From assembly GCF_009914755.1 (NCBI RefSeq), contig NC_060929.1: DNA of 64,000 bases; one strand, written 5' to 3'. Each line of letters starts with the position of its first letter. Position 1 is the stretch's first letter. The notes under the pieces are model-generated. The model had not been told where the DNA came from, ran no database searches, and was given only the letters and a program-made list of their open reading frames with translations. Positions 42,789 through 56,249 of this stretch are shown one piece after another. The position numbers and the translations under genes are program-made. This DNA comes from the human T2T-CHM13v2.0 reference genome, Homo sapiens.

Positions 42789-43563
42789 CCCAATGAGGTG
42801 TTCTGCTCAAGTAAGTGTACTGGGGGCCTCAGACCCTTGGCCTGGTGGATGGCTTCCTGCAGGCTGACAAGTGGCCACTTCAACATTTTTCTTTGGTGTC
42901 TCTGCTGCTGGGTGAGCTCTCTGGTGGCTCAGGGACTGCAAGGTTTCACACTGAGCCATGTAATTCACCACCACCCCCTTTCCTACAGAATCTTTCTCCA
43001 CTTCCCCTTGTCTTTCATACTTATCAGGGCAAATAAAATTTGGTCAGGTAAACAGGTCCCAATTTTATAAATAATTTGGGTCCAGCTGTCTTGTACAGGT
43101 CACTTCATTTGCATGATGTGTGCTGTGACTAGCATGCTATCACCTTGGCTTATAAATAAGAGTGCTCATAAATTAAACAAATAAGTCTAAACATGTTAGT
43201 TTGAAGGGAATGTTGTGTCTTCTAAAATTTAATTTTTACCTCGGTAAACCAGATGTTCATAGGTTTTGGAATGGTTAAAATGGCTTTAGGTAGTGAGTTT
43301 TGTATGGCTTAAAAATCTTGAAACTGTAGAATGCTTCTCATCTACAGGATGCTAATGTCTGTTGGGCAGTTGAAGATTTCTTGCTTCCTACCTGTATATA
43401 AAATGTGCTAGGGAAGATATATTCTTTATTGGGAAAAGAATAACTTTTGTCCAGAAAGTATTGAGGGGCTCAAAATATGAGGGAACCAGTACGAGTAGAA
43501 AAGAGAGAAGTGGGGAGTTATACATACATACATTTTTTTTTTCAGGAGGGGTATGAAGACTGA

Positions 43564-43746
<183 letters not shown>

Positions 43747-43917
43747 TGAGAAAGGATCTCTGGTCCCAGAATAAAGAGACTGGTTGTGAGGGAGGTGTAG
43801 GACAGGTCAGAGAGTCCAGGCATGTCATGGGTGGTCTGTGTGGGTTGTAATGGGGTTTGTGAAGGGGAACTTCTGAGAGTAGTTTTGTGTGCAATTAAGC
43901 CTGCTGTGATTAAAGAA

Positions 43918-44218
43918 ATTTTTTTTTTTTTTTTTTTGGAGACAGTGTCTCACTCTGTCACCCAGGCTGCAGTGCAGTGGCATGATCTAGGCTCACTGCA
44001 ACCTCTGCCTCCCGGGTTCAAGTGATTCTCCTGCCTCAGCCTCCTGAGTAGCTGGGACTACAGGTGCCCACCACCACGCCTGGCTAATTTTTGTATTTTT
44101 AGTGGAGACAGGGTTGCACCATATTGGCCAGGCTGGTCTCGAACTCCTGGCCTTGTGATCTGCCCGCCTTGGCCTCCTAAAAGTGCTAGGATTACAGGCA
44201 TGAGCCACTGCACCCTGC
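43918..44218 (-). mobile_element. Alu (AluS-like)
   Basis: Reverse full Alu; TGATTAAAGAAA on both sides. Confidence 0.92.
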
Positions 44219-44224
44219 TGATTA

Positions 44225-44714
<490 letters not shown>

Positions 44715-44996
44715 TCAGCTGTTGTGTCCCACTGCTGTTAAACTGCAGGAAGTCACTCGCTGGGTACACCTGTCCAGGGTTAAACCTGCGTCTTCTGCGT
44801 CCCTGCAGGCATGAGGGGAGGACAGCATGCCCTTCACCTGTGAGCCCCTGGAAGGTGTAAAGCTGTTGTTTTGCAAATACACAAATCACATGGCGAGGAG
44901 CACGTGCAGTCATCAGCCATACCGATTCTTCTCGCCTGGTTTTGACCTTTCTCAGGGCCTTTAATAACATCTCATCATTACTAACTTTTGGCTCCC

Positions 44997-45244
44997 TTAT
45001 TGGATTTTGGGTTTCTTCCCACCCAACCTTCATTTCCCCCATGATCAGACCAACGGTAAAGCAGCCTCATCTTCCTTTGATGCAGGAAAGATGAGCCCTA
45101 AAATTGGGGTTTAGCCAGGAGGGTTCTTGGCTTCACCCAGGAACGAGTTACAGGGCAAGCTGGCGGTGTTAGTTGCTCCCTGTGGAGCCGGGCTGACTCA
45201 CAGGCAGTGTGCCCAGAGTCCACGGCATATGGGCTGTTGGCAAC
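44997..45244 (-). repeat. Inverted copy of 45905-46166 (3' LTR end plus host flank)
   Basis: The reverse complement aligns along its whole length to 45905-46166, with scattered mismatches and one ~14-bp indel. Confidence 0.93.
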
Positions 45245-46319
45245 CATGTGGGCTGTAGGAAAGGCAAAGGACCTTTCCCAGGACCTTTAATAACTATCTT
45301 ATCATTACTAACTTTTGGTTCCTAGCAAAGCTCAAGTCCTGTAGATTGCAACAATTCCACACAAAGACAACACTGGTACAGGCTTCAACCCATCCTATCC
45401 TCTGACCTGGAGAATGAAAGTGTCTGGCCTCTGGGGCCCTTAGATCAGAGATTTTCCCTCCTCTAACCTTACACAGGACCTATGCCCATGAACACAGCAG
45501 GAAGCAATCCCAGAAGACAGACCCTGCCCTTCTGCACCCCCTTAAGATTAAGGGGAAGGATCTCATCTCTGAAGAGAGGGGATGAGGTAGGAAGGTGGCA
45601 GGACTTGTTTTCTGGTCACTGACCAAAACAGGATCTGGGCTGGATGGGATGAAGTGGAACAGGAATCAGGGGACGGCGAGGAGGGTGATCCCTGGCTGCC
45701 ATCATTGCTCATTGGCATAAGACCCTCCCACCAGGGCCATGATGGTTTGCAAATGCCATGGCAATGACCTGGAAGTTACCACCTTTTTTCATTGCAACGA
45801 CCCAGAAGTTGTCACTTCTTTTCTAGACAATTCTAAATAACCCACCCCTCAATTTGCATTGATCTCTACTTAATCTGCATGTAAAAGAAGTGGGTATAAA
45901 TACAGTTGCCAACAGCCCATACACTGTGGACTCTGGGCACACTGCCTGTGAGTCAACCCCGCTCCACAAGGAGCAGCTAACACCTCCAGCTTGCCCTCAA
46001 ACTCTTTCCTGGGTGAAGTCAAGAACCCTCCCGGCAAAACCCCAATTTTAGGGTTCATCTTTCCTGCATTAAAGGACAAAGGGGCAGAAAGGGTGAGGCT
46101 GCCTTACCGTTGGTCTGATCATGGGGGAAATGAAGGTTGGGTGGGAAGGAACGTAAAATCTAATAAAGCAGTTATCTGTACAGCAGCTAGACCTCTCCGA
46201 AGGAATCCTGCTTTGTGGTTTTGGCTTCCGAGGGTGTAAGTCTTCCACGTCTGCAGAATGCCGTCCTCGCCATCGAAAGGAAGAAGGTGAACTCTAAAGT
46301 GGAGACGTGAGCTGGATGG

Positions 46320-46735
46320 TGATGTTGGTCTCCTGTGGCTGCCATAACAAGGTGCTGCACACCACATGGCTCAGGACAACAGGCACCTGCCGTCTCAGAG
46401 GCCACGGTGTGACAGTGACGTGCAGGCAGAGTGGGCTCCTTCCACCCCCTTCTCCCACACAGTGGCTGCTGGTGGCCCTGGGTGTGCCCTGGCTGTTGGC
46501 TGCATCCCTCCAGTCTGCTCCCTCTCAGCGTGGGGCTCTTCCTCTGTGCTGGTCTGTCTGATGTCTTCTCGTAAGACATCAGCTACAGGATTTAGGGCCC
46601 GCCCTAATCCAGAATGACTTCACTTTAACTCATTGCATCTGCAAAGAGCCTGTTTCCAAACAAGTTCACATTCTGAAGTTGTGGGCGGACATGTGTTTGG
46701 AGGGCACCGTTTGCCACAGGACAACTACGTATCAC
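46320..46735 (-). mobile_element. MLT1-type MaLR LTR
   Basis: GTGGCTGCCATAACAA..., GGATTTAGGGCCC.CCCTAATCCAG.ATGAC, CATCTGCAAAGA.CCT.TTTCCAAA.AAG.TCACATTCTGA. Confidence 0.8.
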
Positions 46736-46802
46736 AGTGCTGGTGATGCAACCACACAAGTGAAATTATTTCAAGTAACTGTCTCAAAACAAAACAAAAA
46801 AA

Positions 46803-47061
46803 GTGTCTCGCTCTGTTGCCCAGGCTGGAGTGCAGTGACGTGGTCTCGGCTCACTGCAACCTCCACCTCCCGGGTTCCAGCAATTCTGTTTCAGCCTCCT
46901 GAGTAGCTGGGATACCATGCTGGAATAATTTCTGCATTTTTAGTAGAGATGGGGTTTCACCACGTTGGTCAGGCTGGTCTTCAACTCCTGACCTCAGGTG
47001 ACCCGCCCGCCTTGGCCTCCCGAAGTGCTGGGATTACAAGCGTGAGTCACCGCGCCCAGCC
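46803..47061 (-). mobile_element. Alu
   Basis: Reverse Alu, internally deleted. Confidence 0.88.
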
Positions 47062-47933
47062 TTCAGGTGACTTGTGAGCACAGCACTCACACTGTTTATA
47101 CTTAGAAGGATATTCTCTGAGGATAAAAGATCATCTTGTTTTCATTTTTAATTTCTAAATAGTCACTTTGAAATGATTTCAGTCATGAAAAAAGTTACCA
47201 AAAAACAAAAACAGTGCAAAGAATTCCAGCATATCCTGTAAGTAGTTTCCCTAGAAGTTATCTCATATAGAACCATGGTGCAATGTTCAAAATTAGGAAA
47301 TTAACACCAACGCAATACTATTTTTAAAAAATTATTTGAAATGCAATACTATTAACTATCTACAGGCCCCATCCCAGTGTCTTTCTGGCCCACAGCCCAG
47401 TCCAGGACCACACATTACATTTGGTTGTCATTCTCCCTGGCTGCCTCCCAGTGGGGACAGCTTGGAGTGTGGGGCCATTGCCCAGCACACAGCTGCTTCT
47501 CATGACTGCATTTAGGACATATCCTCTGGGCAGGACCCACAGAAGCTATGCCAGGCTGACTTCAGGGCATCTCATCAGGAGACCTATGATCTGGGCCTGT
47601 TACTGGCGTGTTAAGCTCGGTTGCTGGGAGCAGGGGTATCTGCCAGGGCTCTCTGCCACAAAGTTACATTTTCCCTTTAATTATCTTGTCGGGAGATAGT
47701 TTGAGGCCAAGAAATATCCCATTTCTCATCCTAATTTTGCCTACTAATCGCAACATCCCTCGATGATTCCTGTGTTGTTTGCCAAATGGCCATTCTCTGT
47801 TACCATCGTTCCTTCTACATTAACTGCAATTCGGAGGAGACGAGCATTTCACCCTCTTCCCCCTTATTTATCTATGCATTTATGTATGGACTTGTGGGCA
47901 TTTAGCCTTATGAGTTATGAACTATTACTATAA

Positions 47934-48226
<293 letters not shown>

Positions 48227-50042
48227 CATTGGTATACTTATGTATTGTTTTGCTCCGATTATCCCAGGTTTGGCTCTGGAGCCGTGTAGATTGGTCCTGC
48301 ATCCTTTTGGCCCCCCCCCGCTGCCCTCTGAGCGCTCTGCCTTACTGACCACCCCCCCGCCCCGCTGCCCTTTGGGCGCTCTACCTTACTTTGTGGGACC
48401 ACTCCACGTTCACCCGGGAACCCTCCCTGCCTCAGTGCTATCTGGGGGCCCCAGTGCCTGACCCTGGAGAAAGATGTTAGTGCCCGAGATCCGGCTCTGG
48501 GGGTGCCCATGGCTGTAGGGTGTCCCTGCTCCGAGGTCCCCCAGTGGACACAGCTAAAGCCTCGGTGAGAACACACGGGCCCATGCCAGGCTCACACCCG
48601 TCTACCCAGCCGTCTACCGACACTTCCGTGCTGAAACTACAAGCTCCTACTGCCGCCTCCCCTCTCAGCCTCCCATGCTCCTTACTGGTAGCTCCCTTCT
48701 CCAGCAGCGAGGCTCGTCACCCACAGCGCGGCCGCTGGAAGGTGACCTGAGCGGCCAGACAGGGCCTCCTGCTCAGAGTTTAAAGCTCTGCTGTCGCCAT
48801 CCTTAAGTTCTTAATGAGTTTTGAGCAAGGGCCCTGCAATCTCATTTCGCACCAGGTCCCGCAAATTATGTATCCGGCTCTAATTACCCACAATATGCTT
48901 GCTTGCTCAAGTCTGGAGCACACACAAAGTAATCTCATAATTGCTAACCCAGGTTGCTGTGCAAAACAGCTTCACAAACTAGGGCACAGTGTCTGCACGC
49001 CATTCTTTTTGTCTTACAGCCCATGATACTGTCTTCCAAAGCATGCGGTAGGTTTTCTTTTCCCCACTCCCTTCGATGAGGTTCACCTGTTACTGCTTAT
49101 ATTCCATTTCGGCTTCAAGCCCCCATCCCGGTTGATTTTAATCACTTATTTACTTTGGGGGGTGTGTGGTATATTTCTGTGGTCCTGGAAGGAACACAAA
49201 AGCTGCAGCCTCCATAATAAGGTAAGCCCACCAGCGCCTGTACCTTTGAGGACCATGAAGGGAAGGGTCTGTCTCCCTGTTCCCTCCACTAACTCCCCCC
49301 ATCTCTCTGGCCCCCACTTCTCCGCAAAGTGGAAACTCCCTGGGGAGGCAGAAGACCAGGGTGGCAGGACTGCAGGCAGAGAGGGATTCCTGCCGCCCCA
49401 TGGCTGGGTACCGCTGGTAGGCCACGCACACACTGGGTAAGTGTGCACTAGGCACTGACGTTAAGGGCCAGGCGTTGGTCCCTCCGTCTCACCTGCGCCA
49501 ACTCAGCACAGGGAGAGAGCTGAGGCTCTGACAAGGATACAGGGCAGAGAGCAGGAAACAGCAGGGCTCAGGCTAGGGGTGGGAGCCCAGCTGCTCAGGA
49601 GTTGAAGTGCAGGCCCCCTGTGGGCACCTGGCGGACAGGAAAGGAAGGAGACTAAGGAGTGTGTTGTACTTTATCTGTACCTGGCTACGTGAGATCAGAC
49701 TGTCACCGGCATTAACTAAACCTTACAGTGGAGACAGTGGGTTGTATCACTCCCGAGAAGAAACCACAGAACGCTGTAGGAGTAATGCCTGCACCGGCTT
49801 CCCCCGCACCACACGGAGCGGCTGCCTACAGCTTTGTTAGGGGCTGAATGCAACCCCGATGCAGGCACCAGCCCTCCAGAGCAGCCTCCATGGAGGAATG
49901 CGGTTCCCCACTCTGCCCACATACCTCTCCTGCAGCAGCGCTGAACACCGTCTCCGGACGTCTGGAGCTATCACCATGGGCAACACTTTCGTGGTCTTTA
50001 TTTTTAGCTCCTCCTTTAGAAACTCACTTTTTGGGGTGGTTT

Positions 50043-51049
50043 TGTGTCCAGAAGTTGGTGGGTTCTTAGTCTCGTCTTCAAGAATGAAGCCGCAGACCCT
50101 CGCGGTACATGTTACGGTTACCTAAAAACGGTGTGTCTGGAGTTTGTTCCTTCTGGTGCGTTCGTGGTCTACACTGATTTCAGGAGTGAAACTGCAAACC
50201 TCCGCGGTGAGTGTCACAGCTCCTAAAAATGCAGCACGTCCAGAGTTCTTTGCCCCTCCCAGTGGATTTACAGTCTCGCTGGCTTCGGGAGTGAAGCTGT
50301 AGACCTTTACCGTGAGCGTTGCAGCTCACAAACGCAGCACAGACACAAACACTGAGCAGCAGTAAGATTTACTACGAAAACCAAACAAGGAAAGCTCCCA
50401 CAGGACAAAAGCAGACCCTAACAGGTTGCCACCGCTGGCTCCCGCAGCCTGCTTTTATTCCCTTATCTGACCCCACCCACATCCTGCTGACTGGTCCATT
50501 TTACGGAGAACTGATTGGTCCATTTTACAGAGAGCTGATTGGTCCATTTTACAGAGAGCTGATTGGTCCATTTGGACAGGGTGCTCATTGGTGCATTTAC
50601 AAACCTTTAGCTGGCTACAGAGTGCTGATTGGTGTGTTTACAATCCTTTAGGTAGACAGAAAAGTTCTCCAAGTCACCACCGGAGCCAGAAGCCCAGCCG
50701 GCCTCACCTCTCAGTAGCACTCCCTTTAGAACTTTGCAGCATCTACCCTGGGCACTCCGGCAGCCCAGAGGGAGCTCATCCCCAGATCAAGCCCAGCAGG
50801 CGTCGGCGGGCCAGCCAAGCCTGCACCCACCCGGAACCCGCGCCGCCCGCGAGCGCTGCGCTCAGCCCCCGCTCCCGCCCGCGCCTCTCCGCCAGCAGAG
50901 GGAGCTGGCTCCAGCCTCGGCCAGCCCCAGAGAGGGGCCCCACAGCGCAGCGGCAGGCCGAAGGGCTCCTCAAGCACGGCCAGAGCCGACACGGAGGCCC
51001 AGGAAGCGCCGAGAGCCAGCGAGGGCTGCTGGCACGTTGTCACCTTTCA
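50043..51049 (-). mobile_element. LTR12 (ERV9) solo LTR
   Basis: Minus strand starts TGAAAGGTGACAACGTGC and ends GGACACA; tandem CCAAT-box repeats (CTGATTGG) at ~50490-50640; TATA-like AATAAAAG at ~50452-50459; U5 repeats; perfect 4-bp TSD GTTT. Confidence 0.93.
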
Positions 51050-51083
51050 GTTTCACAATATCCCAAGATGCATTAGTAGTTTC

Positions 51084-51435
51084 TGTAGCCTGAGTGTTAG
51101 TGGCCCCCAAAATTGATAGGTTGGAACCTAATACCCAATGTGATGGTGTTAACAGGTGGGACCTTTGGGAGGTGAGTAGATCACGAGGGCTGTGCTCTCA
51201 CGAATGGCATGAGTGGCCCGGGTAGAAGAGGCTCCAGGGAGCTCCCTCGCTCTGTCCACCCTGAGCCTTGTCAAGAGGCGCCGTCTTGGAAGCAGAGGGC
51301 TGCCTCATGGGACGCCACATCCGCCAGCACCCTGGTCTTGGACTTGCAGCCTCCAGGACTGTGAGCAATAAATGTCTGTTGTTGACAAGTGGCTCAGGCT
51401 TAGGCGTGTTGTCACAGCAGCCCGAATGGACTCCA
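51084..51435 (+). mobile_element. MLT1A/MST-type MaLR LTR
   Basis: CCCCCAAAATT.ATA.GTTG.AACCTAAT.CCCAATGTGATGGT...CTTGGACTT.CAGCCTCCAG.ACTGTGAG.AATAAAT.TCTGTTGTT. Confidence 0.8.
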
Positions 51436-51767
51436 GCAGCAGAGCAGCCAGGGCTGCACGTGGTGCGTGAACACACCCGCCGCCCTCCTCCTCCTGGGGC
51501 ATATGACGGCTGCGCAGCTCTGTGTATCCAGTTTCTGGGCTGTTCCATGCCCCTATTCCCCTGATTGCTATGTTCTCCAGCTGAAAGAGCACACTGATTT
51601 TGCCTTCAGCCCACTCTCATTTTCCCCCAGATTTCACTAAGTGATTTTGCTAAGTGATGGCTGTGCTTCCCCTGTGCGCTTCTCTCTGGCTGGTTTCTAC
51701 TCCGGATCCACTAGTGGGGCCAGAAAGAGCAGTAGGAAGGAACCTGAGGTTCCTGTCCACCATCAGG

Positions 51768-52295
51768 CATGTGCACACCTACACCCACACACCCCTGCAC
51801 TGTGCACACCCACACACACTTGCACACCCACCTGTGCACACGTACATCCATACACACATGCTCACCCCTACATGGACACCCACACACGTGCACGTGCCCA
51901 TACACATGCACACCCATGCACACACCTGTCTGTGCACACCCCACACCCATGCATGCCGGCACACACCCATGCACATCCACACACAGGCACATACCCACAC
52001 ACACGTGCACACCTCACACCCATGCATACCTGCACACGCTTGCACACTCACCTGTGCACACACATCATACCTGCATGCACACCCCCACACGCACACCCAC
52101 ACACCTGTGCACACACCCATACACATGCATGCCCACACCCACATGTGCACACACCGTACATACCTGCACACACCCACGTATGCACATGGTCAACACTCAC
52201 CCACTCAGGCACTCTTACATGCACACACGCACACAGACATGGCCACTTTCATGGACACACACCCACACACGCCCACATATACACGCATGCCCACC
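51768..52295. repeat. Degenerate (CA)-rich low-complexity repeat
   Basis: CACACC/CATGCA/TGCACA motifs over ~530 bp. Confidence 0.9.
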
Positions 52296-52484
52296 TAAAC
52301 CACTCACTTGACCAAATAGCTTTTCAGGAGAGCGCCTGGTCCTGAAGCTTTCTAGGCATTTCGGTAGCCAAACCCTCTTGATCGTGTGGTTCCAGAAAAA
52401 GCCAGTGCGGCACCCACTTACCCGTACTGCAGCCACCGTGGTCCCGGGAAGAGGGCTTGCTTCCGCAGAGCTAATGAGGGAAGC

Positions 52485-52707
52485 GGTCTCTGAGAGTAGA
52501 AGGGAGGCCTCGGAGGGAGGTGGTCTCCAAGAGTAGCCGGGAGGCCTGGGAGGATGGTGGTCTCCGAGAGTAGCAGGGAGGCCTGGGAGGGTGGTGGTCT
52601 CCGACAGTAGCAGGGAGGCCTGGGAGGGTGGTGGTCTCCGACAGTAGCAGGGAGGCCTGGGAGGGTGGTGGTCTCCGACAGTAGCAGGGAGGCCTCAGAG
52701 GGAGGTG
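52485..52707. repeat. 37-bp minisatellite (~6 units)
   Basis: Unit TCTCCGACAGTAGCAGGGAGGCCTGGGAGGGTGGTGG; starts at 52561, 52598, 52635 and 52672. Confidence 0.92.
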
Positions 52708-53073
52708 GCAGAGCAGGCTCTGCTCTCAGGAAGTGCCCCGTGGGTGGCGACGGGCCGAGAGGTGCTCTGGGGGACGAGTTATGGCTCTGAGCTGCCCGTG
52801 CAAGGCAGGGAGGCTGCGTTTTCATGCGTTCACACCTCAGTCCCTGGGTAAGGACCTCCCAGGATGTACCTCCAGCACCCCGGTCATGCAGAGGCCTGGG
52901 AAAGCCTGTTGAGGCTGGAGGGGTGGGGGCACATTGGTGTGTTGGGGGACCTGTGTCGTGGGCACGGCTCCCCGTTTAGGGAAGGCACTGCGGTGATCAC
53001 GCACTACCAGTAAGTATTTCAGAGCCCAAAACGCGAAAACAAATGGAAGAAGTTCCATGTCATAGTGAGTCTT

Positions 53074-53536
<463 letters not shown>

Positions 53537-54348
53537 TTATTACAAATAATAAATGTTTGCTTTTACATACCACACCTCATTTCCCCAGGGGTTCCTGAGC
53601 ACCCCCCCCCAACCCCCTGCTCACCCTCCTTCATTCTCTCCACAGTGTTTGAGGCATATTTTGTGCCAGGCCCCTCCCAGGGCTGCTAACAAGAAAATAC
53701 AAAATAAAAATGGCAGAGAAGCGAGTGCCTCCCGCGTATGGCAATGCCAGCCATGAGCCAAACGGCTGAACAGAGTCCACATCTCCCTCCGGGTTTCCGG
53801 GGTCCCCTGCTCAGGCCTCACCAGTGCAGCGCGGACGTCAGACCGCTACCGTCTCACTCAAGGCTCCCGTGGGCCAGGGTCCACCTGGGTTCTGCTCCTT
53901 GGGATATTGGCAGGATCCCGGGCCCTGCTGCTGTGGACTCGGGACTTCACTTCCTTGCTGGTCAGAGGCTGCGTGAGCTTCCAGAGGCCACCTGCTGTTC
54001 GTGTCACCTGGGGCTCCCCGGCCCAGCCATGTGCTTCCTCAAAGCCACAGGGGAGGGCCAGGTTCCAAAGAAATGGGCATTGCAATCCTGTGTAACACAA
54101 TCACATTCCTCCACTCCACTTTGCTGTGTTCTGTGGGTTAGAATATGGTTATCGCCGGGACACCAAACAAGGGTGTCACCAACAGGAGGTGGGGGGCCTT
54201 GGGAGTATGGCTACCACACAGGAGGAAACGACAGCTCCACTCCATCACTGAACCTGAGCTCAGCAGTGGCTTTGAGTGTCCTGGCAGCCACGCAGGAAAG
54301 GGACTCTGCTCAGAACACACATGCAGAAGCAGGACACACTCCTGCTCT

Positions 54349-54416
54349 CAAGCCCAGCGCTGAGCCCATCAGCGCTGAGCCCATCAGCGCTGAGCCCATC
54401 AGCGCTGAGCCCATCA
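54349..54416. repeat. 15-bp tandem repeat (AGCGCTGAGCCCATC) x4
   Basis: Directly visible perfect copies. Confidence 0.92.
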
Positions 54417-54534
54417 GGGGCAGGTGTCCTGGGCCTCCGGTCTCAAGGGCATCATTTCTGTGCAGGCAACAGTCACTGGGCTGTCCTTTCACGCCCTTTG
54501 GACACACAGACAACACAAGTGGTTCCCAGAAGCC

Positions 54535-54700
54535 CTCTGTGTCCTGTCAGGTGGTGACAGGTGGGGGTGGCTGTCCTGTGTCCTCTCAAGTGGTGACAGG
54601 TGGGGGTGGCTGTCCCCTCTGTCCTCCGTGGTGGTGACAGGTGGGGGTGACTGTCCTGTATCCTGTCAGGTGGTGGCAGCTGCAGGTGGCTGTCCTCTGC
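54535..54700. repeat. Degenerate ~40-bp tandem repeat
   Basis: GTGGTGACAGGTGGGGGTGGCTGTCC recurs about 4 times. Confidence 0.85.
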
Positions 54701-56249
54701 ATCATGACCCCACCTGTGTCATGGCAGGGCCAGGCTCATCTCCAGAAACCTCAGGTCAGTGATCCCTACGGATGCCTTTTTACATCATGTCAGAATCTGG
54801 AAAGTCTGTTTTATTTCATTATCTGAAATACTTTTAAGAGTGGTAACGGTAGCATTAGACTGATAGTTAGATGGATCTGGGACATCTGTGGCACTGGTGC
54901 ATAAACATCTGAGCCATTTCCATCATTTAACTTGTCCAATCCTTTCAACAGCCTTCTGTGCTGGGCGCGATGACTGCTCTCTGCACAGATGAGTAAACTG
55001 AGGCACAGGTGCCTGGACCCTTGCCAAAAAGTGAGGGAGCCAGAGATTCTAACCCAGGGCCCAGCCCTGAGTCTCACCCCTGCCCTCTCCCATCTGCCTG
55101 TCCCTCCACAACCCCGATGCCCGACCCTGGGTGGAGAAAGTACAGGGAGGGTCTGCAGCTGCCCAGCTGCAGTGTCCAGTGTCCTGGCGACAGGACCCGG
55201 AGCAAACCAGGCCTCGGCATGGGCACGGGATGAACTCAGGGCACCGGTGGGGTGTTGGCCATTTCTGGGTAACAGACCTACAGGTGATGTCTTTTCCTCT
55301 TCTTTCTAAGCTTTAAAAATTACCATTGTGATTAATAGAACTTTTTAGAATTTTAGATACAGTTTCTCTGTGTGAACAAGGCTTAAAGGATATGAGAATG
55401 TTTCTGTAGCTTACAGGTCATAATACTATCTTTGAATACACAAATTGAAAAGCCACTTAAATATTAACCTTTGATTCTGAACCAGGATGAGCTTAACGAT
55501 GGGGACCTGCAGGGCGTGGCCGGCTGGAGCCCATGGCCAGCAGCCATGGCTGAGGGCATACTTCAAAACGGTCATTTCTGTCCCACTAATACTGTGTAAA
55601 TATGTATGCCATCCAATTTTTAACCAAATAAAATGTTCTGTCTGACGGGTCCCTTCATCTATATGACAAACAGTTTTAAGTAAAGAGGATCTCAGCTTGC
55701 AGAATAAGTAAAATTGTTTAAATTCTAGATAAATGTGTTCAGTGCTTGATGGGCTAATGCTGGCTGGATTTGTGAAGGTCAGTCATATACATGAAAATTC
55801 TTCTGCATTCACCTTAGAAGAGCGATATTTTTAGGCGAACAGAGCTTGCGATATTTTCTTTCCGTGCCACCTGCCCGCTTGGTGTCTGGCCCTGCGTCCT
55901 CAGAGGACCATGGTGGGCTGGTGTTCTTGGAGAGGAGGCCTCTCCAGGGCCACCAAGAGGGGGCTGTGGCCCAGGCTGAGCTCTTCTAGTGGCATGAGGG
56001 ACACGCTTTATTCATGTGAGCGTTGTGAGGTGGGAAGGGAGGCCAGCCAGGGGAAGGGTAGAAGAATGCCTGTTGCTTGGGTCGGAGGCTCGATGGACTT
56101 TCACTGCTGGACATAGTGTGAACATGGGAGACGCAGGTTCAGCGATCACGTTTCACTTTCCCATTCCCCGGACCTCAAACTCAGGCCTGTGTAACTAAAG
56201 GTTCTGTGCTGCCAGGCTGGGCGTTTCCCCCAGGGAAGGCACGAGAGAG

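Noticed and set aside
51641-52345. His/Thr/Pro-rich ORFs of 180-234 aa
   Set aside because: Translations of a (CA)-rich low-complexity repeat.
53738-54637. 299-aa ORF with SAEPI repeats
   Set aside because: Open frame runs through short tandem repeats in GC-rich DNA; no domain, splice structure or recognisable homology.
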